From Pelomyxa schiedti (Eukaryota > Protista > Evosea): 64,000 nt of DNA. Position 1 is the stretch's first letter. Each line of letters begins with the position of its first letter. The position numbers and the translations under genes were made by a program. The notes under the pieces were generated by a model that was given only the letters and a program-made list of their open reading frames with translations, was not told the DNA's origin and searched no databases. This document shows positions 39,015 through 52,800 of this stretch, piece by piece. The stretch spans positions 1-64,000 of the forward strand of contig JAHLWZ010000489.1 in assembly GCA_020536535.1 (NCBI GenBank), written 5' to 3'.

Positions 39015-42000
39015 ATGATGCTCCGTACATCAACCGGGGAGTCAATCGTCGACGAGTCGATAGCCCACTGCGGTGACGTCGTTGCCCTGCTCTCGCTGTC
39101 CGCCCCAGGCCACCTCCAACAACAACCCATAATGCCCATCCAGCAGCACCAACAAACCCAGGTACCCCCACAACAGCAAACAGTGATGACACAACAACCA
39201 CTCAACTCCGCACCAAATGCAAATGTTGGTGTTGGTGTCCCACTGAGTGGTGCCCCCCACGATACTACAATGGCGTCATCCCATAATCACCCCCAGCCAA
39301 AACGCGGGGACGGGGCTTCCACCCGGCGGCATAACAACCACAACAACCCAAATAACACCAACAACGGTGGCAATGTAGGGAGAGGGGGTGGCGGAATGGT
39401 CATTATGGGAGGGTGCTACTCCGTGGAGGACGTGGAGAACGCCAACAACATCAACAACAATAACAACAACAATACCACCACAACACAACCTTCACACCAT
39501 TTCACAAGACAACAACAACATCAACAGCAGGCACATACGAATCGCCGCCAGCACAATAATAATAGCAACAACAACAACAACAACAATCACCATCAACAAC
39601 AGCACAAGCAGTATAATAACAACAACATGGCCATGGGACATCAATTAGGGGATATTGGTGGTTATGGTGAGAGGGTAGAGGGTTCATGTTGTTGTTGCTG
39701 TGGGGACGGAAGCTGGGAGAACATGGCCTGGGTATCTGCCTTGTTGATTGTATGTAATTCTTTCGTAGCATGGGAGTACCTTGTCATCACTTCGTTTTCT
39801 TTCTGTTGTTGTGCAATCTGCGCATACACTCGCTTCAATTTGTGAATTCATTCTCATTGGTTCGTTTCAGGGATGCAAAGTTGTGGTGCAGGTGAAGGAC
39901 GGCTCCAAGTATGAAGGGATATTCCATTCATCGTGCTTGGGTATTCTTCATACTATCTGTAGTGCTGTTTCATTTGGCAATAGATAGCCATGATGGCTAC
40001 GGTGTTGTTCTCCAGATGGCCGTTATTAAGGCGGGTCCCCTTTGCACTGATAACAAGAGCGATGCAGCTTCCAAATCTTCAGATAATCAGACACTTCCGC
40101 TAGTAATTATACCACCCGAGGAGTTTGTTCAACTTCAAATTGAGGATTGGGACTATGCTATACAAGCCTCAGGTCTTCCCACTGGCTCAGGTTGGAATGG
40201 TGTTGCTTGGATTTTAAAGACATACTCATTAATTATTCAGGCTTTGCCACAGACACTGAGATCAGTGCCCAAAGAAGGGTAGGTGGTACTGAACGTGAGC
40301 TCACACCATGGGTAGCTGAAGACACAAACATAATACCAGATCACCTCACTTTAGAGTATAACAAATGCCAACCAACAGCGTGAGATCTCACCATTTATAC
40401 AGAAACACATTTTCGAGGAGTGGTTCAGGCTGGGATCAATTCAAAACAAATGAAATGCTGTATGCCTTTGCTACCAGTGGAACATATTTCTCAAGCCTGT
40501 AACTAAGGTTTGGTGTAAAATCTACGTATACTGAGGAGCAGTACACAACTGTATTAAACAAGAATCACCCCAATTATTTGAAACAAGTGTCCACTGCAGA
40601 ACGTATTGCCCATGAAATGGAAAAGGTGGGATTCTTCTTCTAGTACTTTTTCTTTTTAACACTATCAGCAACCTACTAGTAACCCTCACTTGGCTGAAGA
40701 AAGAGGTATCGCTCTTCCCGAATCGGCTTATTCGGAGGAGGACAGGTTGTCAATGCCTTTATAAAAATACCACTTAACATGAACCAGGTTCAGTGCAGTC
40801 ATTCAAGACGGTGTTATGCAACCAACAGAACGCAAATCGAGCTCTCGATTTCCGATCAACCAACCCCAGTTTCAGATCTTTAACAATGGAACGGAAACGA
40901 AACCCTCTCCCAACTCCCTCACACCCCTCACAGAGCCCAATTCCTTGCCAGCTCAAAACTCCCAAACCCCTGCAACCGTGCCTCCCCAAGCACAACCACA
41001 GGGAACAAATCAACCACAATTACCTCAAATTTATATGCCACCCTCCAAGCGTAAACTACTTGAGCAGCAATTACAGAAACAAGGACAGAAGGCACAAATA
41101 GTCACTCAAGAGCAGAGTCTGGACTTTGGGCAAGGCAATTCCCACAGTTCAGCTCCGCTCGACACAACCTCACAACAACCACCCCAAACTTCTTTGGAAA
41201 AATCTTTACCATCAAAGCAGCCCTTGATGCCACCTGCAAAACCACAGGCCCTCCAGCCAAGCATTCCATTGGTCTCAATCCCTGTAAAACCCCCACTTAT
41301 AGCCATGACCATTCAACCCAAAGCAAAGTTTCCATCAACAGCCTTATCTTCTTTTACTCCACATGTACCAGATCGCACATCAACTGCCGAAGAAGAAACC
41401 ACATCAGAAGTGAAGTCTGGGCACACTCAACCATCTCCATCAGGGGTATCTTCTCCAGGGTCTTCAGTATCAAAAGCCACCCCAACAACTCCAAGAACTC
41501 CAAAAACAACTCCACTAACACCCAGGTCACCACGTACTGTAACCCCAACAACCACCCCAACCACCACACCAGCAACTACACCCAGGGCCGCGCATAGTGG
41601 AGACCATGACACTCCTATTGACTCTCCCAGGATAAAGCAAGAGGTGAGCTATCAATTCCCATTTCTTCTGGTCTGATATTAACTTTTAGGGTGACTTGAG
41701 TTTATCCCCAGACTACGCAAGGTTTATTTTACCCCAAACTTGAAGTTTCTAATGCTGTTTTAGGCGAAGCCCTGTTCTTCAAGTGTGCAAGTATTTATTA
41801 TGTTATTTATTTTCACCTCCTCCAAGTGCCCGCCATCACCCACACTTCATCCGCATGAAATGAAAGACAGAAGGAGCCCACTTTTCAATGAGAGGGTCAG
41901 GGTGAGGCAAGGTGTGATCACTGAAACCTTCAAAGTAATTACCATTTTGTTTGTTTTTTTCTTAGACTCATTCCCACACAGCCTCAGGCCCCTCTCCAAT

Positions 42001-43398
42001 CTAAAGATGATAAGGTTTCTTTCCTTAAATGGCTTACTTACTGTGACTTGCTACACAGATTGTTTCTGTTGAGACTAGCAGACAGTCACCACTCATGTCT
42101 CCTTTCGTCGATAACCCAAAGAGGATTCAAGCATTGGCCCTGGAACCTGCACCTCCACATGTGTCAGGTAATGCCATTTTTGTCACTTTTTTATCCAAAG
42201 TGTTTTACGCTCTGAAAAAGATGCTGTCATCAAAGATTTCCTCAAGTTCTCTCATGAAGCAAATTTACAGAAGAAAAAAGAAGAGGAGCAAAAAGTTATG
42301 AAGTCATTGAAGGACTTCCACTCGCAACTTCCAGTAAGGAAAAAAAAATAAACTCAAGTCAAAATAACCATCCCATCAGCAACTTTTGGCAAAAAAGAAA
42401 AATACTTCAGATACTGGAGTGACCAAAGTTTGTTCACCAGCACCCACCAGTAACGCAACTGTCTCCAAAGAAACTACTACTACAACCACGTGCACTGCAA
42501 CACCAGCTTCACCTCCAGCCAGCACACTACCTTCTCCAGTAGTGAAATTGTCTCCTCTCGCTCCGTCATTCACCCCTTCAAGACTCCCCGCACCAACAAA
42601 AACAGCAACACCAAGTAATTTGTCAGTATCTAGCATTACTCTCAATCCGTTAGCACCCTCTTTCACTCCTGGGGTATGTGGAAAACACTTTTTTGATGAA
42701 AAATATTCTAACCTTTTCTTACAAACAGAAAAAGGCAAGTCCTGTGAACTTTTCTTCTTAGCCATGTCTGATAGAACATTATTACCAGGATCAGCCACTG
42801 GACCACAGTAGCAAGGGGAAATCTAATGTCCACAGCTTCATTGACTCTATTTGCCAATCTCTTGTTGCCCTGAGGCAACAGAAACCAGACAATAAAAACT
42901 TCCGTGTGTAAAGAAAAGCTGATCTTGTCATTTGCTAATTTTGTGGCAGCAATAACCTGGACTGGCACTGGCAGTGGAACATTCCCGGAAGACTTCGAAG
43001 ACGAGAATACTATTGATGAGACTGATCTAGCAAGTGACGAAAACGGGTTTTTATCCTTTTCCCCTTATTATTGCTTTGAATAATATTTCATATAGTTACT
43101 ACCCCGATGTTATGTACCCACAGGTTTGTAAATTCGGCTGTTTATTTTCCCATCGTTAATCAACAATAGGCCGGCTACGTACTGGATCCTTTTCCTCCAA
43201 TTCCTACATGTAAGAGTGATTCTTTTTCTTTATCCAATGCTTACATCTAACATTACAATTTGCCGCGAACAGACCCGCCTAGTTTCATTCCTCCAGTATG
43301 TCTTGGTCCTCTTTGTTTATAACATATTGACCAACAACCAGGCATTGGGAGTACCACCACCAATCCCAGGATTCCCACTTTATACATCCAGGTTTTGA
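39015..43398 (+). CDS. ATXN2: Ataxin-2/Pbp1 homologue (N/Q-rich N-terminus, LSm, LsmAD, two PAM2 motifs)
   Basis: GCKVVVQVKDGSKYEGIFHS; GFATDTEIS..ERELTPW; WDQFKTNEMLFGVKSTYTEEQYTT..AERIAHEME..NPHLAEERG..SEEDRFSAV; KLSPLAPSFTP and TLNPLAPSFTP. Exact start and end less certain. Confidence 0.92.
39330..39630 (+). repeat. AAC/CAA-rich coding repeat (poly-Asn/Gln tract)
   Basis: Runs of AAC/AAT/CAA encoding NNNNNN, QQQHQQQ, NNNSNNNNNNNHHQQQ. Confidence 0.85.
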
Positions 43399-43807
43399 CC
43401 ATAGAGCCCAATACATAAAAAAAAACAGAATCCACAACCTTATTCGAAAACAAAAAACGAAGGTGTTGTCGGCACCCACTCCCGCTAAGGAGTTAATGAC
43501 GAATGCAGGTATCCTGCTTGTCGAGAACCGCAACATAGTCGTTACCCTTGTGGGCGAAAAAGCTGACCCAGGCGCCGCAGAAGAACAGGTAGATTTTCGC
43601 CCAACAGCTCTTATGGGAAAGTTTCGCTGGGTGTTCTTTCCCCCAGTGGAGGAGAGAAGGACGTGTTATTGCAATACAATTACGTCGAAGTACGTCAGAC
43701 CTGACCAGGTAGACAAGTACAGTACTCCCTTTTTCGATCTGGAAGGAGTGAACAGATTTGCACTTGATACTTCGTCGAACATTGCACTTCGGGCGTAGAT
43801 CTTGTGA

Positions 43808-45268
43808 ATGTCAGGCGAGGTGGTGTGGCCGCGCGTGTTGGGGTTCGGTAACCCATTATTGGATATTACAGTCGACGTAAATGAGGCATTTCTCGCTAGG
43901 TCTCGTTTTTTTTTTTTTTCCCTTCTTTTCCCTCTGGGGGTCCTTTTTGGAACTGACACCCCTTATGCAGGTACGGACTGAGCCCGAATGCAGCTATTCT
44001 GGCTGGTCCAACTCACATGCCACTGTGCGTTAATTTCTAGCGTCTCCCCTTTGACATTTCGCCGTTTCCACCGTTTCTTGTTCGGCGCCGAGTTTAACGA
44101 ATTTGATTGAATTGAAAAGATACGAAGAAGTTGGAGCAATGACCAGCAAAAAGCTGACGACCGGCGGAAGTTGCTTGAATACCATGAGAGCAGTACAGGT
44201 CAATCCTTTTCGCTTTTACTCACCGTTTACTTTTTGCGGACTAACTGGGCGTAGTGGATGACGCAGAAGAAACACATGACTGGCTTTGTGGGCAGTATAG
44301 GAGTTGATATTCCCAACAGTAAATCTCTTCAAGATTTGGTGGTCAATTGCGGAGTGAAACCCCTCTTTATGACGGCTGAGAAGGCTCCAACCGGCACTTG
44401 TGCTGCTCTGATCTGCGGAACCAACAGGTTTTATCCTGTTTCTAACCCTAAACATAAACTCAACTCTTTCAGGAGTCTTGTTACGAATCTAGGCGCGGCA
44501 GATTTGTTCACTCACTGGCACTTTGAAAGCGACCTTGTCCAGCAACACATTGCTAACGCTGTTGCATTTTATGCTGAAGGATTTTTCGTCACAGTAGCGT
44601 CTCATACTTTAGTGGAACTTGGAAAAATCGCTCTTAAAACCAACAAGGTTTCCCATTTATCCGTTTTTATCAAATCCTAAAACGCTTGCAGCCATTTATG
44701 TTCAACCTATCTGCAGTCTTCCTGCTTCAAGTACCAGTATTTTGGAATGGCATGAAGCAAGTTCTTCCCTACGTTGACGTTTTATTCTGCAATGAGACTG
44801 AGGCTGGAGCTTTATCAAACCAAATGGGATGGGGAACGGTATCTCTCTACGAAGTTGGAAAATCTCTAACTGCAGTCAACAAGATATCCATTGAGGAAAT
44901 GGCCAAGAGGATTGCGGGAATGGAAAAGGCCAATACCAAGAGGGAAAGGATGGTAATTATCACTCAAGGGCCAGATCCCACTGTTGTCTTCCATGGAGGA
45001 AGAGTACCTACCCCGATTCACATGTGAAGTTAACGACCGGCTAGGTTAACGTATTTCCCACCCCAGTCGTTCCAAAGGCCGATATTGTTGATACCAATGG
45101 TGCAGGGGATTGTTTTGTAGGAGGTTTCATTAGTAAATTCATTGGAGCCTGGCCAAGACCAACAACTTACCAACCCTCCCTCAACGAATGTGTGCGGTCT
45201 GGGCAATATTGCGCAATGCACTGCCTTACGAATGTAGGGTGCTCATTTTGCGGTTTACCTAAGCAGCA
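43808..45268 (+). CDS. ADK: Adenosine kinase (PfkB family); N-terminal part of an apparent ADK-MESH1 fusion
   Basis: GFGNPLLDI, GGSCLNTMRAVQW, PTGTCAALI..RSLVTNLGAA, YAEGFF, FNLSA, DVLFCNETEA, IITQGPDP, DTNGAGDCFVGGF. Confidence 0.96.
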
Positions 45269-45313
45269 GTATTACCCTCTCACTCGAATACTTCATTTCT
45301 CACTTTCTGTTAG

Positions 45314-46207
45314 CACTGGTCTGCAACCGGTAATGAAGGCATTGGCTTTCGCAACTGAGAAGTATTCATTGACTTTATATTCACTCCTTCTCATGCCCAC
45401 ATCCAGACACAAGAATCAAAAGAGACTGGCCTCTGGGGAACCCTACATTTCTCACCCGGTTGGGGTCGCTAACGTACTCACTGAAGCTGGGGTATGCTGA
45501 GCAGTTTTTAGTTTTTCATTTTATTCATGTTTTCTATCCAGGTTGAGGACCCCACAGTTTTAATGGCTGCTTTCCTTCACGAGTAACCTTTATCTTTTTT
45601 TGACAAGTCCTAATTTGTTTCTCAAGCACCGTGGAGGATACTGGAACAACACCGGAGGAGATTGAGGCCGAATTCGGTCCCGCTGTCCGTGAAATTGTTA
45701 TGGAAGTCACTGACAATAAGTCTCTTCCCAAAAGGAAGCGCAAAGAATTACAGGTTCGGGCGTTTTTACCCGTGCTACAAAGTCTCATTCCGCTTTTTAG
45801 ATAGAGCATGCCTTGCACATCTCAAACTCTGCCAAGCTGATAAAACTGGCTGACAAAATTCATAACCTGGAGAGCTTAGCCCAGTGCTCCCCCTGGTTTG
45901 TTTCCCCTACCTTCCACCTCCCCTTTATTAACTCCGCTCTTTTTCCTTCATACCCACCAGGCCTGCGGATATAATGCGAGGCTACTTCATCTGGGGATTC
46001 ATGGTGGCACAAGGGCTGTTTGGGATCAACAGCCGGCTTGATGCACGGGCCCGGGCCGTGTTTGTCAACACAAGGCTACCTCCAGCCCATGTGGAACCTG
46101 TCATGCCATCCCTTGTTCCTGCTGAACTGCAACCCCACCTTATCCAATACTTGGAAGCCATGGACCGCATCGAGGCTGCTAAGGCTACTACCGCAACCAA
46201 ACATTGA
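45314..46207 (+). CDS. HDDC3: MESH1/HDDC3-type HD-domain (p)ppGpp hydrolase / NADPH phosphatase; in frame with upstream ADK
   Basis: Spliced [92 protein letters not shown]. Confidence 0.93.
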
Positions 46208-46856
46208 ACCACCAACACTCGAAGTTGAAGCCCATTAAAAAAATCAGAGTCTAGTTTTGAATCAAGATATTTCATGTGAAACACAGACCTTATTGGATTA
46301 TCATCCCAAAAAACCTAAGCACCGACCCATCTACTCGGGAACCAACTACCTACGACGCAGAGAATTCCGAATTGTGGGTCTGAGGAAGATATTGTGTTGT
46401 GCAATAAAAAACGAGAATTACTCCCTTATGGAGCACCACCAACCTCCCAAGCCTTTTCAGCCCAGGAACGGACATTCCAGGGCTACATCAGAACCAACAC
46501 ACAGTCCCCACTTTTGTGGAGACTGCACACTGGAATCCAACAAACCCCAAAGAGCCTTAAGTCCATAGCACCCCAAGCAAAGTCTTAATTCCCGCCACCC
46601 ACTTTTGTGGGCAAGATTAGGCTTGTTCCCCAGTCTGATAAATACCTATTTTTTTCCCGAAGGATCATTATGGGTTTTTTTTTGCAGTTTATTTTTTGTT
46701 TATGTTTTCTTCTTGGTTATTTGGTGTTTTTAGAGGTTTTTTTAGTGTTACAGAACCAAATTACATAGAGATGTGTCTCAATGGAAGTTTGTACAGCCCA
46801 GGGAGTGAGTGCCGTCAGTAGTATGACATAGTCTCATTCAGCAGCAGTACAGGTAA

Positions 46857-49800
46857 TCAGAGGTGGCTATTGCTGTTGCTTGTGTTAATGGTGTTGTTGT
46901 TACTGTTGGGTGAGGGACGTTGTGGTATGGGCCTCGCCGGAGGTGGTGGGGGTGTTGGTTTCAGTGGAACTCGGTGGGCAATTGAGGGGCTTGCCGGCCG
47001 CAGTGCCGGGTCCGGGTGTGGTGTGCTGCTGTGAGGTAGTGTGGGAGGTGATGTGGGGTGCTGTGTTGGGGATACCGGCGGCGAACCGGGTGGTGCTGTG
47101 GGCTGTTGTGTTGGTGATTGGCTGGTTGGTGTGGTGGAAGCCGGGCTAGTTGTAGTTGTGGAACTGGCGGTTGGTGTTGTGGTGGAGTTTGTGGTTGGAG
47201 TTGGAGGGCGGTTGACGGGTGGTGTGGCGGCGGGACCGGCATTTGGTGCTGTGGATGTGGATGTGGAAGGTGGGTGCGGAGTTGGGTTGGAACTGGGATT
47301 TGGAGTTGTTGGTGGGTTTGGAGTTTTGCTTGAAGGTACCTTTGGGGATGATGGCTCTAGGATGGATTTTGGTGAAAGTGATCTAATTATGGAACCTTTG
47401 TGCTCAATTAATTGAATTGAAGGAAGGAAAACGGCGCACTTGATTTCCGGGGCGTTTCCTCTTTGGAAGAGGGCGTTTTTGCCGAAGATGTGACACTTTG
47501 TTTTCGACGGTGTGCATAGCCACCATTCGCAGTTGCTTGGGTCATTAGAGAAGATATTTCCTGTTTCGGCTTAATGTTACACACAAGGTAAAAAAAAAAA
47601 ATACAGCTTGTTCCTCTTGCGTGAGCAATGTGATTTGTGAAGAGGGAGGAAGTATTGTCTCTTTTTCAAAACCTTGCATCAGATCTGCATCATGTCGACA
47701 TACCTTGGAAAAGTGAGTCTTTAGTGGTGAGATGGTGTGAACTTCGGAGTGGTGTCTCAGAAGCATCAGAATTGCATTGTCTATCACTGCCACGGTATCT
47801 GGTAAATATGCATCAATGTCGCCGCCTTGACGAAGAAACAGGGGTCCAAAAATGATGGCAGGCTGCCCTAGTGTAAGTCTAGGGTACAAATTTTTTGAAC
47901 CTCTTTACCCTCATTAAGTCGAAGTGGCAGGATTCGGCCCAACATCGCAAAAACGTTGTGGTTATTGTGAGCACAGCACTGTTACATGGAGGAAGTTGAT
48001 CTACGAGTTGCTTTAGTGCTCTGATCTCTTCGTCGGTACTGCTCTCCTTTGCTGATTCCAGAGTTGGTGTTAAGCGAAATAAAACGGGCATTTACCAACA
48101 GACAGTTCCCCGATTTTACAAAACTTGGAGAATAGGCCAAATGTAAGAAGTGGTTCTGGCATCTCTGAGAAGAACAGGCGAACGAGTTCACCCAGACAGC
48201 AAACATCCACTGTACTCATGTCAACTTCCAGCCCTACACCCGTGGACTCAGAGACAACACTTTTGAGAGAGTAAAAACCTGCATCAAATTGAGTCTTGAC
48301 CTTATCCAACAAAGAAGGACTGCATTCCGTAGTGAACAACTTTTCTGAGCTCAAGGCTGTGTTTATGTTAGACTTGGAAAAGTGAAGATAGATGAAAACC
48401 GTGTTCAAAAAGGTAGGAAAAGACAGTCAACAAGAACGGTGGGACAAGGGATGCACTATTTTGGGGCCGGGATGCAATAACAGCAAGTGGGAGACCAAAT
48501 TGTTTTGTCTCAACTGAAAGGAATTTTAACACTATCAAATATTGGTTGATGGCAAGTTATACCATTCACTTGAGACTGTTAAAAAAAAGTCAAAACACTA
48601 CAAACTTCGAAGAATGCTTACCTGAGAAAAGAGAATTTTGAAAAACTTTCTGGTTTGTTCATCTGACCCCCAAGACAACTGTGAAAGTGTTATCTTAATT
48701 TGAAGGAGTTCACACACACCACCAAAGGGCGATCATCCTTCAGGTACTTGACCCATGGCCGTAAAACAACACATAAAAGGTGTGTTGGGTCTCGTGTGAG
48801 TATCACTTCGTAGTTGGCCAGAATGAGCACTCTTTTGGGATAGGGTTGCTTATGATGAGGTGAGAATTGAGGTTGAATGCAGGAATGCGCATACTTTACC
48901 ATCGAAGTAACAGAATAAAATGCCATCCACAATGGCAAACCAATGGGGCTTTAGTTTGTCTTTGGAAGATAGAGCTTTTTTTCTGGCTTGCAGGGTTGTG
49001 GTAGTGATTGTGTGTGGTGTAGCAGTGTGGGGGGTTGCAGATGGTGATATTGTTGGTGAAGATGCGGTAATAATGGTTGTTGAAGTAGATAAAGCAGTTT
49101 GAGAAGTTGAGAAAGCAGAGGCACCAACAAAGCCTCCAATTGAAGAAACTGGGATAACTAATGGCACAGGAGTAGCTGCGGCCGGAAGAGAGGGAATAGA
49201 CAACGATGTCGTTGCGGGTGTACTGGTTGTAGTGGTGTCTGCAACAACAAGAGTAAAGTGCGCTGGTCGGAACACACCATTGCCGCAATGGACCTTTTTT
49301 TTGCTGACTTTAGCTGTAGTCCCACAAATCGCTCCTGGTATCTATAGAAAAGTTAACTTTCACAGTTATGGAGCAAGGTAACCATTCTTAGATGCTTAGC
49401 ATAATTTGGTTTCTGCCGTTTGTAGTTTTACAGTAAGTGAAAACGAGTTTTAAATTGTGAACTACCATAAGTCTTTCAAGAGCTAAAATAATAAGTGTGC
49501 CAGTGCCGACACCTTCAGTAAAGGAAAGGTTTCCATTCACCCACTTCACTAAGAAGGGTTCAGGAGGTGATAAAGGGAAGTTTGCTTACCAAGGGAATTG
49601 TTGTAGTGAAGGAATACAAATTCAGGAGATGGTGTGTCAAATGTTGCCTCGAAGATTGACGTCATTATAGAAAGTGGTGCCTCACAATCGAGAATTGCAA
49701 CTTTTTGATGTCAGGTGAGGGGTTGTAAGAAAGTGACTACAAGTTTGAAGACAATTGTCAGCACAAACGTAGGCGGCATTTATGAAGTTTGGAGCTGGAA

Positions 49801-52800
49801 TCAGAGCAAAGAAGGCACCCTTTGGGATGGTGAGCCCCGTGGTTAAAGCAATTATATGTTACTTACTCCCTTCTTTGTAAATGTTGGATGGTGCTTTAGT
49901 ACGTCACGTAGGGATTGATGCTCAGAAACAATAAACCCCGGAGTTGATTTAATGGCTGGAGCCACTAGTGATACAGAAGGTGAGTCCTGAGTCACTACAG
50001 GCACAGAAGATGGGGATGTGGAATGTGTGTGTGGTACTGCCTTCCTGCGTACGGTCCACTTCTCCAGCATTTTCCTTTGTTGAGTTCAGTGTGCTCACTT
50101 TTTTTTTTAAAGACAAGAGTACTTTTTTGCTTCCCCAACAGTAGTATCTGCTGGGAACGTCATTGGAGCTGGGACTGAGTTCCCTGGGTGAAGTACAAGG
50201 ATGGAAACATCGTCACTGGAAACCATTCCTGATATGCTTAGGAGACTGTCCAGAGTACTGGTCTCCCTTGGGGGTGGCGGGGGAGCTGCACTCTCCTCCG
50301 TTTCTCGAGGTTCAATTCTTACAAGAAAAAGGGCTGTCAAAAGTCAAATAGAATTACGGGGACAGTACTTCAATGACTGTTTATAACAGGTATCCTCAGA
50401 GTAAGACACTCCCAGAGTGCCTATCCAAGTGGCCAAAGGCGTACTTGGTACTAAACAATATGGAGTCTGTTGAAATTGTTGAACCCGAAGAATGACATCA
50501 GCCTTGTGCAATATTAGACAGCCAAAAAATGAGAATGATAGCTCACTTGAAGCCGGCACTTGAAGAAATTCACTTTCTCCTCTATAAATGTGGCATTCCC
50601 TTCCTCTTGTGAACGTAAATATCCAGTAAAGATTTGTTCATAACAAACCAATAAACGTAAGATCTGTCAAATAAATGCCAAGATAAGGAATGCAAGGCTG
50701 GTATCAAGTTAGTGTGGGGAAAGAGTTTCGACTACAGACCGGAGGGATCTTCTGCAGTTTTTGTCGAAGAGTCTGAAAATTTTTTGTATTGTCAGTTAAC
50801 TCACGCATTGCTTCCAGTGCTCTGGTGTGAGGAGCTCCAACAGCCTAGGGTCTATGAATTTAAGGGAAAAACCTGATGGAACCATACGGCCCAAGTCTTT
50901 TTTAGCCTGAACGCACTACTATTTGTGAACCCTGAGAGAACTGACATCAAACCATTATAGTTTTGTAATTCTGAGAGACACTGTCTACCAGATTAGAAGT
51001 TGCCTTGAAGTCAAACAGTCATACATTAGCAAGATCAATAAACCGCTCAATGATTTTAACTCTGTCTTGAAAGTCATCAGTAGAACATATCTCTTCCACA
51101 ACCCAGTGGCTTATCTGTAATGCTCAGTGCAAGAAGGAAAAGCTACGAAGTAAACTTGATTAAAGTGCTGGATCATTGCTGACACATTCGGGGAGAGAGA
51201 TCTATCTTTTTTTGTCCAAGCAAGCCCAATCAATTCCCAAGGCTTAATTGCCCTGAAAAGATTTTGCTCGATGATAGTTATCTGCCTTGCTATCTCTTTT
51301 GGCTGTTGGTAGGTATTATGATAAAAGAAAATAATAAAGAACGAAAAGACCTGTAGTGCAGAGAAAGAGAGCATACTACTTTCCCAAGGGTGTCCCAAAC
51401 ACAAGCAAATTGGTAGTAAACATTCTGGAGGTTGCTTATCAAAGACGCATTGTCTACTTTTTTCTTCACCACTGACCTGTTGGTGAAATAAGCGAAAGGA
51501 GATGTATAATGGAAAGTTACAGTTCTGGAAATGAGTTTAATGAGTTGCTCCGCGGGGTTCTTGAGCTCCGAAGATAACACAGAAGATGTAAAGTCTTTGA
51601 CCCCCTCTATGATTGTATTATCAGTGAAGCTATTCCACAAGCGCTCAACCCATTGCTTTAGAACAATGAATACTCTGTACAAAGGTTAAGGCAGCCGGAG
51701 GTTTTTCCAATACCTAAGTCGAAGAGGAAATAGAACAGTTTTGGACCACAAATCGACTTCTTCTTGGGATGAAAGCTCAGGAGGTGAGGGAGTATTATAT
51801 CTTAGAAACAATGTGAGTTTTAAAAGAAAATATGATTAACTGGATACTGTTCAATAAGAAGCTCAAGAAATCTCAGTGGGGTAGTATGTGCAGAGTAGGT
51901 TAACAAGTAGTGTAACATAAATTGGCCATCTGAATGATGTTGGGACAGAGGGAAGAATGAAGAATTTACCTTGCTTGTGCTTTTCTGTGGTGAGTCTCGC
52001 CACAAGGGCCTCGGGGGTTCCTAGTTTAACAAGACCATGTTCTATTACTATTTTCCTGCGCACGATAAGCCAAAAATAGAGGTATTTGAGTAATACTGTG
52101 AAAGGTCTGTAGAGTCTCCTTTATCAACATCTTTACTGCCATCTGCATCAGAGCCTTCCAGAGAGTCGATGGCCGAGAAAGATCCAGAAAGTGAATCAGA
52201 TAGTGGGTTAGCTGTTAAGGTTGGGGTAGATGGTTTCAATCCCGGGGATGGAGCTAAGGCTGGCGAAGAGGTATTTGATGGAATTTCACTTGTACTTGAA
52301 GATTCACTACTTGTCTCCTGACTCAGATGTAGGCGAGACAGATTTGGCTCGGATAGGGAAGAGGCCACACCCCCCAGAGCACTGGAATCTGAGGCATCCT
52401 TTCCAGAGCTCTCCTGCTGATACAGAGACGACCTTAGGGCAGTGAAGCTTCCACGAGAAGAACCGAACACAATAGCCGTAGGCTCGCCATCACTCCCTAT
52501 TGATGATGCAGATGCCCGGGCCCCTCCCGAGCCAAACCCACCCTGTGACTGCGATAGCAGCACAGCTCTCCTCTTATTCCTAAGCTCCTGTTGTTGCGTT
52601 GGAGCCACCCACCAATGAGGGTTTTTGGGTTGCACAAACAACAGCTCCTCAGGCACAGCCGAGTTGGAACCCTCGCTCTCCGCCCCCTTATTACTCACGC
52701 TATCGCCACCGCTAGCTGGCGTTGCCGTTACCTTGGTGGCAGCGGTTGCACTGGCACTGCTTCCGTTTCCCGTGCTCGGCGAAGTGGTTGCAGCTGTTAC

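Noticed and set aside
50098-50122. 25-nt intron ending in A10-G
   Set aside because: That acceptor leads to a stop; the downstream CAACAAAG acceptor (48-nt intron) restores the frame, so it was not counted as a poly-A acceptor.
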